From NCBI RefSeq assembly GCF_009914755.1, contig NC_060933.1: DNA of 64,000 nt; one strand, written 5' to 3'. This document shows, piece after piece, positions 36,571 through 49,470 of the stretch (position 1 is its first letter; each line of letters starts with the position of its first letter). Source of the stretch: the human T2T-CHM13v2.0 reference genome, Homo sapiens. Below the pieces are notes generated by a model. That model saw only the letters and a program-made list of their open reading frames with translations. It did no database searches and was not told the DNA's origin. Position numbers and translations under genes: made by a program.

Positions 36571-39500
36571 CTAAAGGGGACCGAGGCTGGAGAAAATAAC
36601 AGTCTCCTTTCCTTCTTCCAGCTCTGTCTTTCTCTGACCTCCACACCTTTGCTTATTCTGTGCTCTTAGCAGAAGATGCTGTTCCCTTCCTCACCTCCAC
36701 TCTTATTCTTTCCATCCTTTCAAGGCTGACTGAATCCAAGCCGTTGTCTCTGCTTGGCTTCCCCTCCCCTTTTCTCTGGGAAGTGCACCCCCTCCACCCA
36801 CAGGTTACAGTGGGAGCAGCCAGGTTTGTGCAGTAGGACCCTGTCACTCGGGCCAGAGTTAATTAGATAAAGGGTAGGCATCTGATCCAACTTAGAATGT
36901 GGACTACAAACAAAGATTCCAGCTTGCTGCTGGTAAAAGCCATTTTCTGGAAAGCAGAAATGCTTGTGTGATGTGAGCAGACAGGCAGAGATGAAAGATG
37001 GGGGAGAGAGTACTTTCTGGGTTCCCTTTAGTACTCAGGTCCTGCTTGTGGTCTGATCCTGAGGCCCAGCTGCACCCCTGCCCTAGTGTTCCATGGGATA
37101 TTTCAGGATCTCCTGAGAGTGCTCTCTCAAGTAATCCCTTGTATGAAATCCCTGTCTCATCCTCTGCTTCTAGGGACAAACTACAAGGCATTCGATGCTC
37201 AACAAATACTTGTGCTGATAACTTCTCTTTCTGAAGCCAGCTCCAGGAGAGGTCTGTAATCAGAAGAGCCCCTGAACCCTGAAGCCTCCTGGGCTGCCCA
37301 GCCCAGGCATCTCCTCTGTGAGTTTTGCGACACCCTTCTAGTCATTTAACGAGCCTCATTGGCTTTCTCTGTGAATACGATGGAAGATGGCCACCTCAAA
37401 ATGGCAGCCTTGGCCTTCAGAGATCATTGGTCCTCACAGACCCAGTTAATTAACCATGATTGTCATGTCTCAACTTCCAGCTCCAAATTCTAATAGTCCA
37501 GCTTTTTTCTGCCGTCCACTCCTCATGCTGTCAACTGTGTTGTGGGGGAAGGTTACAGTACAAACCTGGGTGCAAGTGAGGGCCATCCCCTTGGGTGGGA
37601 AGAGGCGTTCTCAGAGGAGAGAGCAGGTACCCCCAGATTGTCTAATGCCTGGCCTGTGTGTGGCCTTCATTTCTCCCCAGCCTCACTCTGGGAAGGAGGT
37701 GGTCTTCTGGCAAAAGAAGATATCAAAGTTCTTCCATCAGAGGAGATCCTTATCAGCAAGACATTCACTCTGAGGTGAGGATCCAGGACAAACAGGCCTT
37801 ACCTTACCTAGATCCAATGGGGGGAGAAGTACAAAGAGGTATCTAGAAAGGAATGAAGACAGGATACCAAGAAGACTTCTAGGCATCCATGAAAGGCAGA
37901 CTTGATATATCCTGCCAGCTATAAAATACACATGTTGAGTCATAAAGCAAAGCACCAGGAGATTTCTAGAAGTGTTCCTAGAGGAGCACTCCCATGTAAG
38001 TATTGGTTATCATCATCACAATCATCATCAATCAATCATCATCATCATTATCTTCATTATCATTTCTAATGATTCCTGGTGATACCCTGTTCCCATGTTC
38101 CTCTCCAGCCACCAAATGGAGCAATTACAGGGTTATGGGTAGGCATCTGACCCAGCTTAGAATATGGAACCTTAGATCTAGCTTAGAATGTGAACCCTTT
38201 TGCTCTCCTGGCCTCAGTTTCTCCATCTCTAAAGGGAGGAGTTGGAGCAGACATTCTCCAATGTTTCCTCCATCGTGATGTGGTATTCTCCAGTTCTATG
38301 GGGACACAGATTCAGAGTTCCACCTCCCTTTGTCTGAGAGCAGTTGCTGGGGCTGGAAATGATATGTTAGATAATTCCAAGGCATGTGTATGCCGGGGCT
38401 TGTAATCAAAGATTCCAGAGCCAAATAAGCCTGTGTTTTTGCTTTTCTCCCCAGCAGCCTTGCATTGGGCCCCAGGCAGCCTCTGGAGAAAGCAGAGAGT
38501 AGCAGAGATGGTGTGAGCCTCCCTGCGGGGTGGATACCTTGCTTGTATTCTCAGAGAAAGTGGAACTGGGCAGAATTTCCCAAGCCAGGAAAGGTGGCAG
38601 AGTGTGACATAAGACATTGAGCAAAGAAGCGAGGGCCAAGGACTCAGGCATAGAAGAGTAGACTGCACAGTATCAGTAGTGTGACCTCCAGAGAGTACTT
38701 AACCCTTTCTGTGGGCTTGGCCTGCTCATCTGAAAAATACACATGGTAATGCCTCCCTTAGGAGGCCAGGTAGGGAGGTGAGAATTAAAGTCGGTAATAC
38801 GTGGGAAGCCCAGAGCATGGCATGAGGCATTCAAGAAATGGTTCTTGTATTTACTGGTGTTGAACAAAGAGAGAATGGCAGGAGGAAGAGCCAGGGTGAG
38901 ATTCCCTGGGTCCTGTGGCTTCCCTGGCTGCTATTCAATGGAAAAACCAGGGAGTGAGCACTGTGCTCTTGGCTTCTGTGCTACTTAAACAACAGCCTTT
39001 TCTGCTCTGATCCCCAGCACCCGGCAATTACTGACTCTAGTACATTTTACCTTGTGTTAAGAGGGAGCTTTACCCTGGCTGAACATGGGGCTGCTGCCAG
39101 CACCCAGGCTGGGAATGGACATCTCTGTCATGTGGTGCAGTCTCCTGTGGAGTGTGTGAATCCTTCCAAACCGGAGTCACGCGGCAACTCCAAAAGTCCT
39201 GGGAACTCATGTGTGCACCAGGACTGCTGGGAGGCCGTCTTATGCCTTGCTGCATTATAAACGGCTATCGTCTCAAATGCATATGAGATGTTGTTGAAAT
39301 CAACAAAGTATTACATTTGCTTAAAATTGACCTTGCACTCATCTTTCTACCCAATGTGGATTTCCTCAATCTCCTAAAACAGTATCTGCCATGACACTAA
39401 TAAGAACATCCCTTCCGTTTATGCAGAAGCCACGGTCCCTGTCATTGTGCTGAGAGTCTTTTTCTCACTGAGTCTTCTCAACCGCCCCATGAAGCGGCAA

Positions 39501-39949
39501 TTCAGGATGCCCATTTGACAAACGAGGAAACGGAGACTTAGACATGTGAGCTCGCTTGCCCAAAGTTACAGGACTAGTCGATGTCTGGGGTTCCAAACCA
39601 GGCCTTCTGACTCCGAGGCGCCTGCTTAATGGTCCACTTTAAGGACCAGGGATGCACTTGGCATTTTCGTTACTTCATTCGGAATGAGCTGGGAATCGCT
39701 CTTCCTCCTTATTCCCTTCCGTGGGAGGGAATCTCCCCTGCTTTGCATGCAGCCTATGTCACTCTTCGAGGGCTTTGCCTCCTGAAGTCCGTTCTCTCCA
39801 GGGCTGAAATCTGCCTCCGCTGGTGCTAGTTGAGCATTGCTCGCTTGCCCGTCCCATCTGAGCTCTTTGGCCCCAGCCCAGCTCAGGAGCTGCCCTGGGT
39901 CTCCTCCCCGACCCTAGGCCTCTTCAGATCTCCCCTCCGTGCTCCGGGC

Positions 39950-40630
39950 CTCAGTTTCCTCCAGGGGAAAGCAGAGGGCTTGGTTTGGTGCCTTCCTGCG
40001 AGGTGAAGCGAGGGGTCCCCCTGGACGAAGGCGAGCTTGGAGCCACCCGCCCAGCAGCCGACGGGAGGGCCTGGCGCTCCTCCCCCACCCGCCTGCCCGG
40101 CCGCCCCGCCCCGAGGGCGGCTCCCGCCCGCGCCCTGCCCACCCCGGCCGCGCGCACCACAACGCCCCCGCCCCGCCGCCCGGAACCAGCTGAGCGCAGC
40201 TGGACCCAGCAGCCGCTGTCTCCAGTGCCGCAGCAGCAGGTAGGGGAGGCGCGCGGCCCCGGCCCCGGGCATCTGGGGGTCCCGGGCTGATTTGAGTCCT
40301 TCCTCTCCCTTCCTTCCCGGTCCTATCTCGCCCGCGCCTGGAGCTCGGCCCGGCCGCGGGGGCATCGCTGGAAAAGGGCTTCCTCGCTCACTTTTCCCGT
40401 CTTCCAAGGGACCAAAGAGTGTGGATGGGAGTTGGGGGATGGGGAGACGCCGGAGCAGGAGAGGAGAGGGGCCAGGCCTCCACCCCGTGATTCCACTGTG
40501 CTGCTAGCACCTGAGCTAATAACCTCGACCCCGCCCCCGGGATGGGGGAACTGGCCCGGGGTCACCCCTGCACTTGGGTTGTCTGACCCGGGCATGCAGG
40601 GGACCACCAGCTACGGTCTGGGCGGTGACT
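39950..40630. promoter_or_regulatory. GSN: CpG island / main promoter of cytoplasmic gelsolin, multiple GC boxes
   Basis: Sharp rise in GC and CpG content; repeated CCGCCC/CCCCGCCC Sp1/KLF boxes at ~40085-40180 directly upstream of exon 1; no TATA box seen. Confidence 0.9.
40182..40239 (+). other. GSN: GSN non-coding exon 1 (5' UTR, cytoplasmic isoform); start approximate
   Basis: GGAACCAGCTGAGCGCAGCTGGACCCAGCAGCCGCTGTCTCCAGTGCCGCAGCAGCAG followed by donor gtaggg at 40240; matches my recollection of the GSN mRNA 5' end. Confidence 0.88.
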
Positions 40631-43109
40631 CTGCTGGGGAGTCCACTCAGAGGACCCTTGCCTCCTGGACGATACCTGTGCCTGCTCTCCTCTCCAGCTG
40701 CTTCCTCTTTCTGGGGACTGTTAGAAAGTTCTTCCTTACACTGTCTGAAATCTTCAGGCGCCTGCTACCTGTAGGTGCTGGCTTCTCCCCGGCCCTGCAG
40801 TGTTCCCTTCCCTGACTCACACGGAAGCTTCTTCTGGAGTTGAAGACAGTGATTGGAACCCCTTCTCCCTGAGCCCCCATGTCTTCTGGGGTCCAGCCCC
40901 CCAGAACCTAAATAACAGCAACTTCCCTCTGGTCCAGTGCAGGCTGGCTGGTCTGGGCAGTGCCCAGGGGGAAGCCCCAGTCCTTGGAAGGCTGGGGGCT
41001 GGGGGTGTGGGTGAGCAGGAGACATTGGCTTTCTTCCTAGCTCCTTGTCTGCCCAGACATCTGTCGCTTTATCCTGTCTTCACACCCTCCTCAGAGCATG
41101 GAAGGGAGCTTTAAAACACCCAGAACTCATTCTGGGCTGTCCTGAGGGTAATTGGACTTTGTGGAAGGCGGGGCCTCTGGGGAGGTGCCTTTCGCTTTTG
41201 TTTGGCATCTGGGGACTTTTCAAACACTTAATCCTGTGTGTCCTGTTCTCCCAGGACCACATTTCTGACCAGGGCACCAGGACCTCTCACCGCTCTGCCG
41301 TTTACAGCGACCATAGCTTGCTAGAATCTTACCCCATCTCCATTTCCTCCATTTCACAGTTGAGAAAAGTCAAGGACCCAGAGAGTTTATGATGGGCTAA
41401 TTGTCACACAGTGAGGCAGGGTAGGGCTGAGACCCAATTCCGGTCTGCCGTTTGCGGACTCCTTGCTGGGAGGGACTCTAGCCTCCTTCTTGGGTGTTCC
41501 GTTTACTAAAGGGACAAGCATTCCCTGTACATACACACTTGGGGGTGCTGGTTGGTGTTTCTTGGGGCTGTTAAGGGGGAGAGGCTTGGAAACAGAGGAG
41601 GAAGGATGGGGGTGGGAACGGTCGGCTTTCAGCTCCTTTGAAACTCCATTTTTCTTTCTGGGGCCATGCTATTTATAAATGCCAGGGAAATTGTAAACAG
41701 CCAGGGGAGCTTGGGTTGGCACTCGGTGAGTTACACAGCAGCAAAGAAGGTTTCTGTGTGAATCAGGGGAGGAAAGTTTACTCCAGAATTTTCCACAGTC
41801 CTTTTATTAGGGACTAACATGAGCCTGGAAACAGGCTGCTCCCAGGAGGGGTGGCTGCAGGGTTTGCCCCGCATGGCATTTCCTTCCTCCCCGCCTCCCT
41901 CCTTTCAGCACTTCTCTGGGCCTGTGTTCTGTGCCTTGCCCTGCGAGGGGCCAAAGAGCCTTGGAAGAGGACAGAGCTCTCTGTCCTCAAGATGCTTGCC
42001 ATCTATACTGTTTGACACTTTTGTGCCATATTAAGAGTGACTTCAGCCTGCAAGAGGAGTGACTAATTTTGTCTAGGTGAGCCAGACCTCAGAATGAATA
42101 ATCATTTACCAGGAGAAACAGGAGTTGGGGGAAAAGACATTCTGGGAAGCAGGAACCACTAGTGCAAAGGCACTGAGATTTTCTGAGCCATCCATGTGGC
42201 TAGAGTGGAGGATGGGAGAAGGGCGGGGTGGTGGGAGGTTGAGAATCTAAATGAAAATGGAACTAGATTATAAGCTAAGGGTTTGGACCTCATCCTGAAG
42301 GCAATGAAGAGCTGAGAAAGGGTTTTGACAGAGCAGTGATTTTTAAAAACTCGTTATTCTGAATGGCTGATGTAGGGGATGCATTGAACGAGGCTGATCT
42401 GGAGGCAGGAAGGCCCTGAGGAGGCTGTTGCATGATTCAAGTGAAGTAGATTGCAGGTCTGAACTAGAGCAGTGGCCACTGGGATGGGTCAGAGCAGCAG
42501 ATTCTGGAAGCCCAGCTGAAGGTCTCAGAACCTGCTATAAATTTCATCTAAAAGCAGACAACAGGCTAGACCTACTGGAGAAGGTTGCTAAGGTATTCAG
42601 CATTGTAATTTTTTTTTCTTTTTCATGAGTTTTAAAACAAACAAAAATTGTTAAAGAATCCCTCCAAGCCCGCCTCTTTCCCCAGAGGTCGCCACTGTTA
42701 ACAATGGTGTGTGCACTCCTGCCAAACACGTTGATTGGATGCCTTCACTTTTAGCCATCCAGTGACAGTGGGTCACTTTCCCCTAATCCATGTGAATAGT
42801 TTGGGTCATTTGTGATGTGGGTCATAGAGATGATTTCTGCTTGGTCTATGGTACGTTGCTGAGACACTGAGCTCTGGTTTTCTTTAAGAAAACTTTTACA
42901 TCCTGTGTCTGCGGCCTCTGGGTGTGTATATTTGCTTATCAGAGACCACAGGTGTGAGAGAAGTTAGAAGCACTGACTTGGAAATGGACCCCCAGTCTTG
43001 GTTCTTTGGGTGACCTTGGGCAAATCCTATCTCTCTGAGCCTCTGGTTCCTCATGTGTAAAATGGAGAGATGTTGGTTTGCATGATAATAATAAAAAGCT
43101 ATCTTTTAA

Positions 43110-43393
<284 letters not shown>

Positions 43394-46300
43394 AAAAAGC
43401 TATCTTTTAATATACCAAGCACTGGAACATTAATTACTTTATTGATTCCTTGCAACCATTCCTCTGAGGTAGATACTAGTATCTTCTTTTACAGATGAGG
43501 AAACTGAGTCCGAGGCTGAATAACATGCCCCGGGTTGTGTGGCTATTGGGTGATGGTGCAAGGATTCCAGAGGTCTGACGACAGAGCCATAGCTATTAAT
43601 GACAGCACTAAACATTCTCTTGAAAATTCTTTCTAGTCCTGGTATTAGGAGAACTGGTAAGGGAGTTTGTTATGCTTTTATGAGGGGTGGGTGTCGGTGT
43701 GCAGAGCTTGGAGAGCTCAGCCCTGCAGCAGAGAGGCCTGGAGGGGCCTCCCGGGGCTGTTTGTAAACTCATGCTTTCCTGTGCCATCCGCAGGACCCTC
43801 AGTGCAGGTCAATCTCCCCTCCATTTCAGGGAATCCAGGCTCCAAAAGGACACAGGACTTGCCCAGCAAGGTCATGTGGTGAGGTGAGAGCCCAGCCAGG
43901 ACTGGTCCCCCCTTTTCATCAATCAAGCTTATGCTCTGGAAATCTATCTGGCGAAGCCAGGAAAACTGGACACTCTCCTGCTCCTTGGTTATTCCCTGAG
44001 AAAATGCCAGCAGAAGCAGAGAAAAGCACGTCCCAGGGGTTATGCATTTTGGGGAGGAAGGGAAAAAAAGAGACCAGTGTTTAGGCAGCCGGGGGATGTT
44101 AAGTAAAAATATCTCCTCGCTTTCAACGGAGTGAGCGTGTGTCATATTTCAGCCTGATGTGGTTTGTGAAGTTGGAGACCACAGGCAGGCTCAGTTCCTG
44201 CTGCTGGCCAGCTTCCCCTTCCCTCTGTCCCTCCCCTGCCATATGCCTGCTCTCGTCTGCCCTGCCTGGGACCACATCAGCAATTTAAGAATAGGGCAGA
44301 GAAAAGCAGTGGGTGTTGTGGGCAAGGGTAGGCAGCTGAAGGCCTGGGCTTGGGTCCTGGCTTTGCCAGTGACAAAGTACTGGGTGACTTGGGCTAATGC
44401 ATGCCTTTCTCTGGGCCCCAGTGTCCATTCTGCACTGTAGGGTGGACAGCATAATGTCAGCCTTCCCAGCTCTGATGGCCTCTGAGTTGGAGGGCTTTGT
44501 GCTCCCCACATGTACTTGGGTCCGGCATGTCTGAGACACAAAGTGAGCCCGCAGTGGTGCAACTGGTGATTCAGCTACTGTTCTTGAATTTAATCTTTTC
44601 GGACTGAATTGATTGCCCCATTTTGCAGATAAGGGAGTTGAGGCCTAGGATTTGTTGATGTATCCCATTCCCTGCTCTACAAGCAACAATAATAAGGGCC
44701 ACCATATGTAACACACTTACTATGTATGTTCACCTTTTGCTTTCACTATCTGCTTTAATCTTTTAACAGATCTACGAGGGGAGAGATAGTGACTCCATTT
44801 TACAGATGAGGAAACTGAGGCTCAGTTTAGAAAAATGAAAGGACTTACGTTCTCTTCTTTGAGTCTCACAATAGTCCTGGGGTTGTCATTATGTGACCCA
44901 TTTTACCAGTGAGGAAACTCAGGCCTGGAGACGTGAGCTCCTTTGCCCAGGGGTCCCCAGGGCCCACACACAGCCTGTCAGGTTCCTTCCCAGGCCCTCC
45001 TGCTCCTCCCTCCTCCCTTGCTTGCTCTGCCTCATGGGGAGCCTCTTCACCTCTTGCATTCAGTGCCTGGGTTAAGGGATGAGAACAGTTTTCTTCCTGG
45101 GCTATAAAGTATCCCTGAAATTGACTCTTCCCAAGAGTGATCCAGAAAGGCTTTAAGCCATGGAGCCTCGCAGGGAACTCCAGTGAAGGGGTCGCACCAG
45201 TGGGAGTGGATTCGTTTATTCTGCTGAGCTGGCTAAGCAAACAGTCCTGTTATTTTCCAACCTCAATAAGAATATCATCAGAGCCAAGCTTATTTGCCAA
45301 GCAAAGTATATATATTCTACATATGTGAGCCTTCAGGGTGGGGCTTGGCCCTTAATTTCCCTGCTACAGAGACTGTGGCTGAGCTGGGTTTTGGTGGGTA
45401 CTAAGTAAATACTAGTTAACTTGTTGGGTGTGTGTTGATGATGTGGGTGGCATATGTACTTTTTTCTCCCCACCTCCAAGGACCTTTTCCCCCCACCCTT
45501 ATTATTTCTATTACACTTGTGATAGAAAATTTAGGAAATAAAAAAGTATATATATAAAAAAGAAGTGTTCATAACTAACCAGAGAAAATCACTGCCAACA
45601 CCTGGGTGCCCTTCCTTCCTGATATTTTCAGTGCATTTTTTTTTACCCCCACACAATTATCCTATATTTATAATTGTCTGTTCTGACTTTCTGTTTTTTC
45701 TCAACATTATATCGTAAGTATTTTTCTCATGTTATTAAGGATTCTTTTTAAATTTAATTTTTAAAAGTTTTAAAAGCATACTATACCTAAGTAGATAAAT
45801 GTTTATTCTAATTTAAATCTTTTATTCCAATAGTCCTAGGGATTAAAAAATGAAATAATGCTTTTTATTTATTAACAAAAAGGCTGAGAGAAACAGGATT
45901 TGCCCAAGATCACCCCCAAAGAACCAAGACTGGGGCTCCCCAGGGCTGTAGTTTGCATCCATAAATACAGAGAGAATAATGTTTATAATCTTGGGTATAA
46001 AAACTTCTGGTGAAAAGGTTGATCAAATGCTAGCTGTATTTCTCCCCCTTCCATGGCTTTCTACTGAGTCTCTCTCTCCTACAGGACCCTACTTTGCTCC
46101 ATAATTAAGCAGCAAAGTATTTCAAGAGCTGTTCAGATTCTAGAAACTCATAGCAGATGAAATCGACAGATAAGTCAGATATCGAATATAGACATTAAAA
46201 GATCTGGGCACTAGGCTGTACCCTGTTATTGTCAGTGGCTCTTTAGTCCTTAAACAAGGGTCTTGCCTCCTACTTTTTTTTTGTTATGGTAGAAATAAAT

Positions 46301-46525
46301 GCCCACCCGAGTTTTCATCACTCACTATTATTCTATCTTTGGTGTGCCTGTACCATGTTCCCTTAACAATCCTCAATTATGAAACATTTAGGCAGTTTAT
46401 AAACAATACTGCAATGAACAACCTAGTGCATACTTTTTTTGTGTGTTCTTCTTTTATTATTTCCTAGAAGTGAGCCCTAGAAATGGAGTTCCTGAGTCAA
46501 AATGACACATTTTATAGCTTTTTCT

Positions 46526-46991
46526 TGTTAAAAAAAAAATTCAGTGACACTTGTGAAAACACGGTAAGGAAGTCTTTATTCAGGAACATTGCCTTGGGCA
46601 TAGGGACCACTGCAACAGGGTCCTACAGTGAGGGAGAGAGTTTGGGCTCAACTCCTAATACAGCATGGGCGAGTGGGAATTGATAGCTGCAGAGCAGGGT
46701 AGGGGTCAGCGGATGGAAAATTACTAAGAGGAAGCTCAGGAATAAGGGATATTCTTGCTAAACCGACCTAACAAAATTATTGATGAAGACAAACCAGGGT
46801 GATTCAAACATCAGTGGGGGCATGGTGGAGGATGAGGAGCCTGATCAGATATCAAGGATGAGGGGTTCTGGCTAAACAGACTTAGCAGGATTCTTTTGCT
46901 AAAACTGGATTTTACAAGGAAGTGCACAGGTAGGCCTAGGAGAAGGTTCAGAAGCCTGGCTAAAGTTTGGCCAAGCAAATAATCTGTGTCA
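46526..46991. mobile_element. Probable ERV solo LTR
   Basis: TG..CA bounded ~460-nt block interrupting an L1-like stretch; family not assigned. Confidence 0.4.
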
Positions 46992-48800
46992 TGCTAAATT
47001 TTGCCAAATTTCTGCTCATAAAGGTTACAGTAGTCCTTATTCCTACCAGCCATCCGTGAGAATGGCAGCATTCTTCAGGAGCATCTGAAGCTGGTTATAA
47101 AAAGCTCAGCTGTCCTTTTATAGAATAGAGTACAGCGACCATTTTCCTGAAACGTTACATTTCATTCATTCATTTGGCAAATACACTTGCACAATTCAGC
47201 AGCAATAAAGCATAACAAGTTAAGATCCCAGGCCGAAGAAGTGGAGAGAACTTGGTTCTCCTTCTGGTTTATGTTTTGCACTTGCCCTAAGACCTTGAGG
47301 ACATCACCTCACTGAGTTTCATTTTTCTCAGCTATACAGTTAGGGCTTCAATACCCACTTCACAGAATTCTACAAAGTACCTAACACAATGCTTGGCCAG
47401 TGCAATCATGTGGATGCTGGGAATTTGTATTATCTCATCTGACTCCAAAGAGCCCTGGAAAGGAAGCAGGTAGGGACAGATCCTTCCCATTTCATGGACT
47501 CAGAGAAGAAACGGCCATGTTTCTTGGTGTCCTGAGCTTCACTTCAGGAACTGGTAGTCCAAAGGAACTGTATCGTTCAGAACGGAGGTAAAACAGGCTT
47601 TTGTGGGCTAGCCTGTATCCATCCCCCTCCCACCTCCCCTCCCACCACAGTACCTGTTTCTCTTGGAAGGCAAGTTCCCAGTTCCAGTGGCAGCCAGAAT
47701 TCTTTCTATGCTCTTTTAGAAGGTGGGAGATGCCTGCCTAGACTGTTCAGTGGTCTTAAAAAAGAGACCATAAAATTCATGGTTGCATAAAATATAGTTT
47801 TCATAGATTTAAATTGCATTTTAAATGCACTAAGGCTTCATCTTTGAGCTTTTCAGAAATGTGGGATTTCAGACTCCATCTTTAGGGTTGCCTTATTTAG
47901 CAAATAAAAAACAGTGTGCCAGTTAAGCATGAGTATGGCCCTTGGAATGTTTGGGGCATAATTATACCAAGACATCTTATTGTCTTTCTGACATTTAGAT
48001 TTAACTGGGCATCTCATGTTTTATCTGGCAACCCTACCCACCTTGGGTCTACTGAATCCAAATCTGGATTTTCACAAGATCCCCATGGAATTCGTGTGCG
48101 AATTCAAGTGTGAGAAGCATTGCATTGGGAGCCTTGCCATCAAAGCCCTGAATGAATCCTTTTTGTAACAAATCTGTTGGTAAAATATAATGCACTATTT
48201 ATAAAGAGCCTGATTATTCCCAAATCAACCATTTGCACACATCTGTGTGTTCATGTGTTAGGTTTTCTTAATACAGGCTACCCTTGCACTGTTGTCAGTT
48301 GAAGGGAAGAATTCCTTGCTTTGGTAAGAAGCCCTAGCCCCTCTCAAGGACCTATTTTCCTCATCTGTAAAATGGGCTACATCCTTAGCATCCGTGCCAG
48401 CCTGTGGTGACCAGCTGAGGTGGCCCCAAGGGGATGCATGGCTAGAGCCCACGCCAGGTCCCTCCTCAGCCTCCTCACAAAGGACCGAATGACTTGGCTC
48501 TGTGATCCCATCCCCCAGAGACTTTGGTGTGACTGTGGTGACCCTTGGCATAGGGCACCCCCCCGACTGCCTCCTCATCTCAAAACTTTCCAAACCATGA
48601 CTTTTATAGCAGGGCTTTAGGAATCGCCTGGCTCTACCCTCTCACTTCATGGCTACAGATACTTGTGCCCTGAGAGAGCAAGTGAATTTCCCAAAGCCAA
48701 CAGCAAGCCCTCTGATTGCTGCTCTACCAAACCAAAATGATTTCAGTTCTCATGAAACCTAAGGCCTGACTAAGGAAGATTAAGAAACCTGGTGGTGGTC

Positions 48801-48977
48801 GGGTCCTGTAGTGGGGTGGGAGGAGGGGGGAGGGATAGTATTAGGAGATATACCTAATGTAAATGACGAGTTAATGAGTGCAGCACACCAACATGGCACA
48901 TGTATACATATGTAACAAACCTGCAGGTTGTGCACATGTACCCTAGAACTTAAAGTATAATAAAAAAAAAAGAAAGA
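48801..48977 (+). mobile_element. 5'-truncated L1PA 3' end
   Basis: L1PA 3' UTR (ggagatatacctaatgtaaatgacgagttaatg..cctagaacttaaagtataat) with A tail; 19-bp perfect TSD aagaaacctggtggtggtc (48782-48800, 48978-48996). Confidence 0.93.
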
Positions 48978-49334
48978 AAGAAACCTGGTGGTGGTCATAC
49001 GCCTAGTTTGTCTTGGTTGTGTGGTCTTGGGTAAGTCATTTCTCTCTCTAACCTATTCCCTGCCCCCACCCCTCCATAATATGGGGAATACACATTTTCC
49101 TGTTCCCCTAGGTCTCCTTTCTACCTGGTTAAGGTTTTATTTTAAGATCCAGTGGTAGATCTTGGTCTGTCAATTGGTCCTAGAGTGGAATGCTTTATGA
49201 AATCACTGGTACATGTGTTAGGTCAGAGACTTAATACCATGACATCATGAAAGATGTCTTTAGACCCTTTCTCTCCTCATTGCTAACAAAGATTTTATGA
49301 ACTGTGTTTCAGCTGGACAAAAAAGATGTTCTAG

Positions 49335-49470
49335 AGCATTCTAAGATCGCCTGGGGCTTTTGTTAAAATGCAGATTCTGGTTCCACAAGTCTGGGGTGGG
49401 GCCTGAGGCTCTGCATTTCTAGTGATGCTGATGTAGCTGGTCCAGGGATCACACTTTCAGTTGCAAGATT
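49335..49470. mobile_element. MER5-type DNA transposon fragment
   Basis: ttgttaaaatgcagattctgg..tctggggtggggcctgag..ctgcatttct. Confidence 0.7.

Noticed and set aside
39883-40815. Many overlapping G/P/R/A-rich ORFs on both strands
   Set aside because: Stop-codon depletion in the CpG island; exon 1 is non-coding
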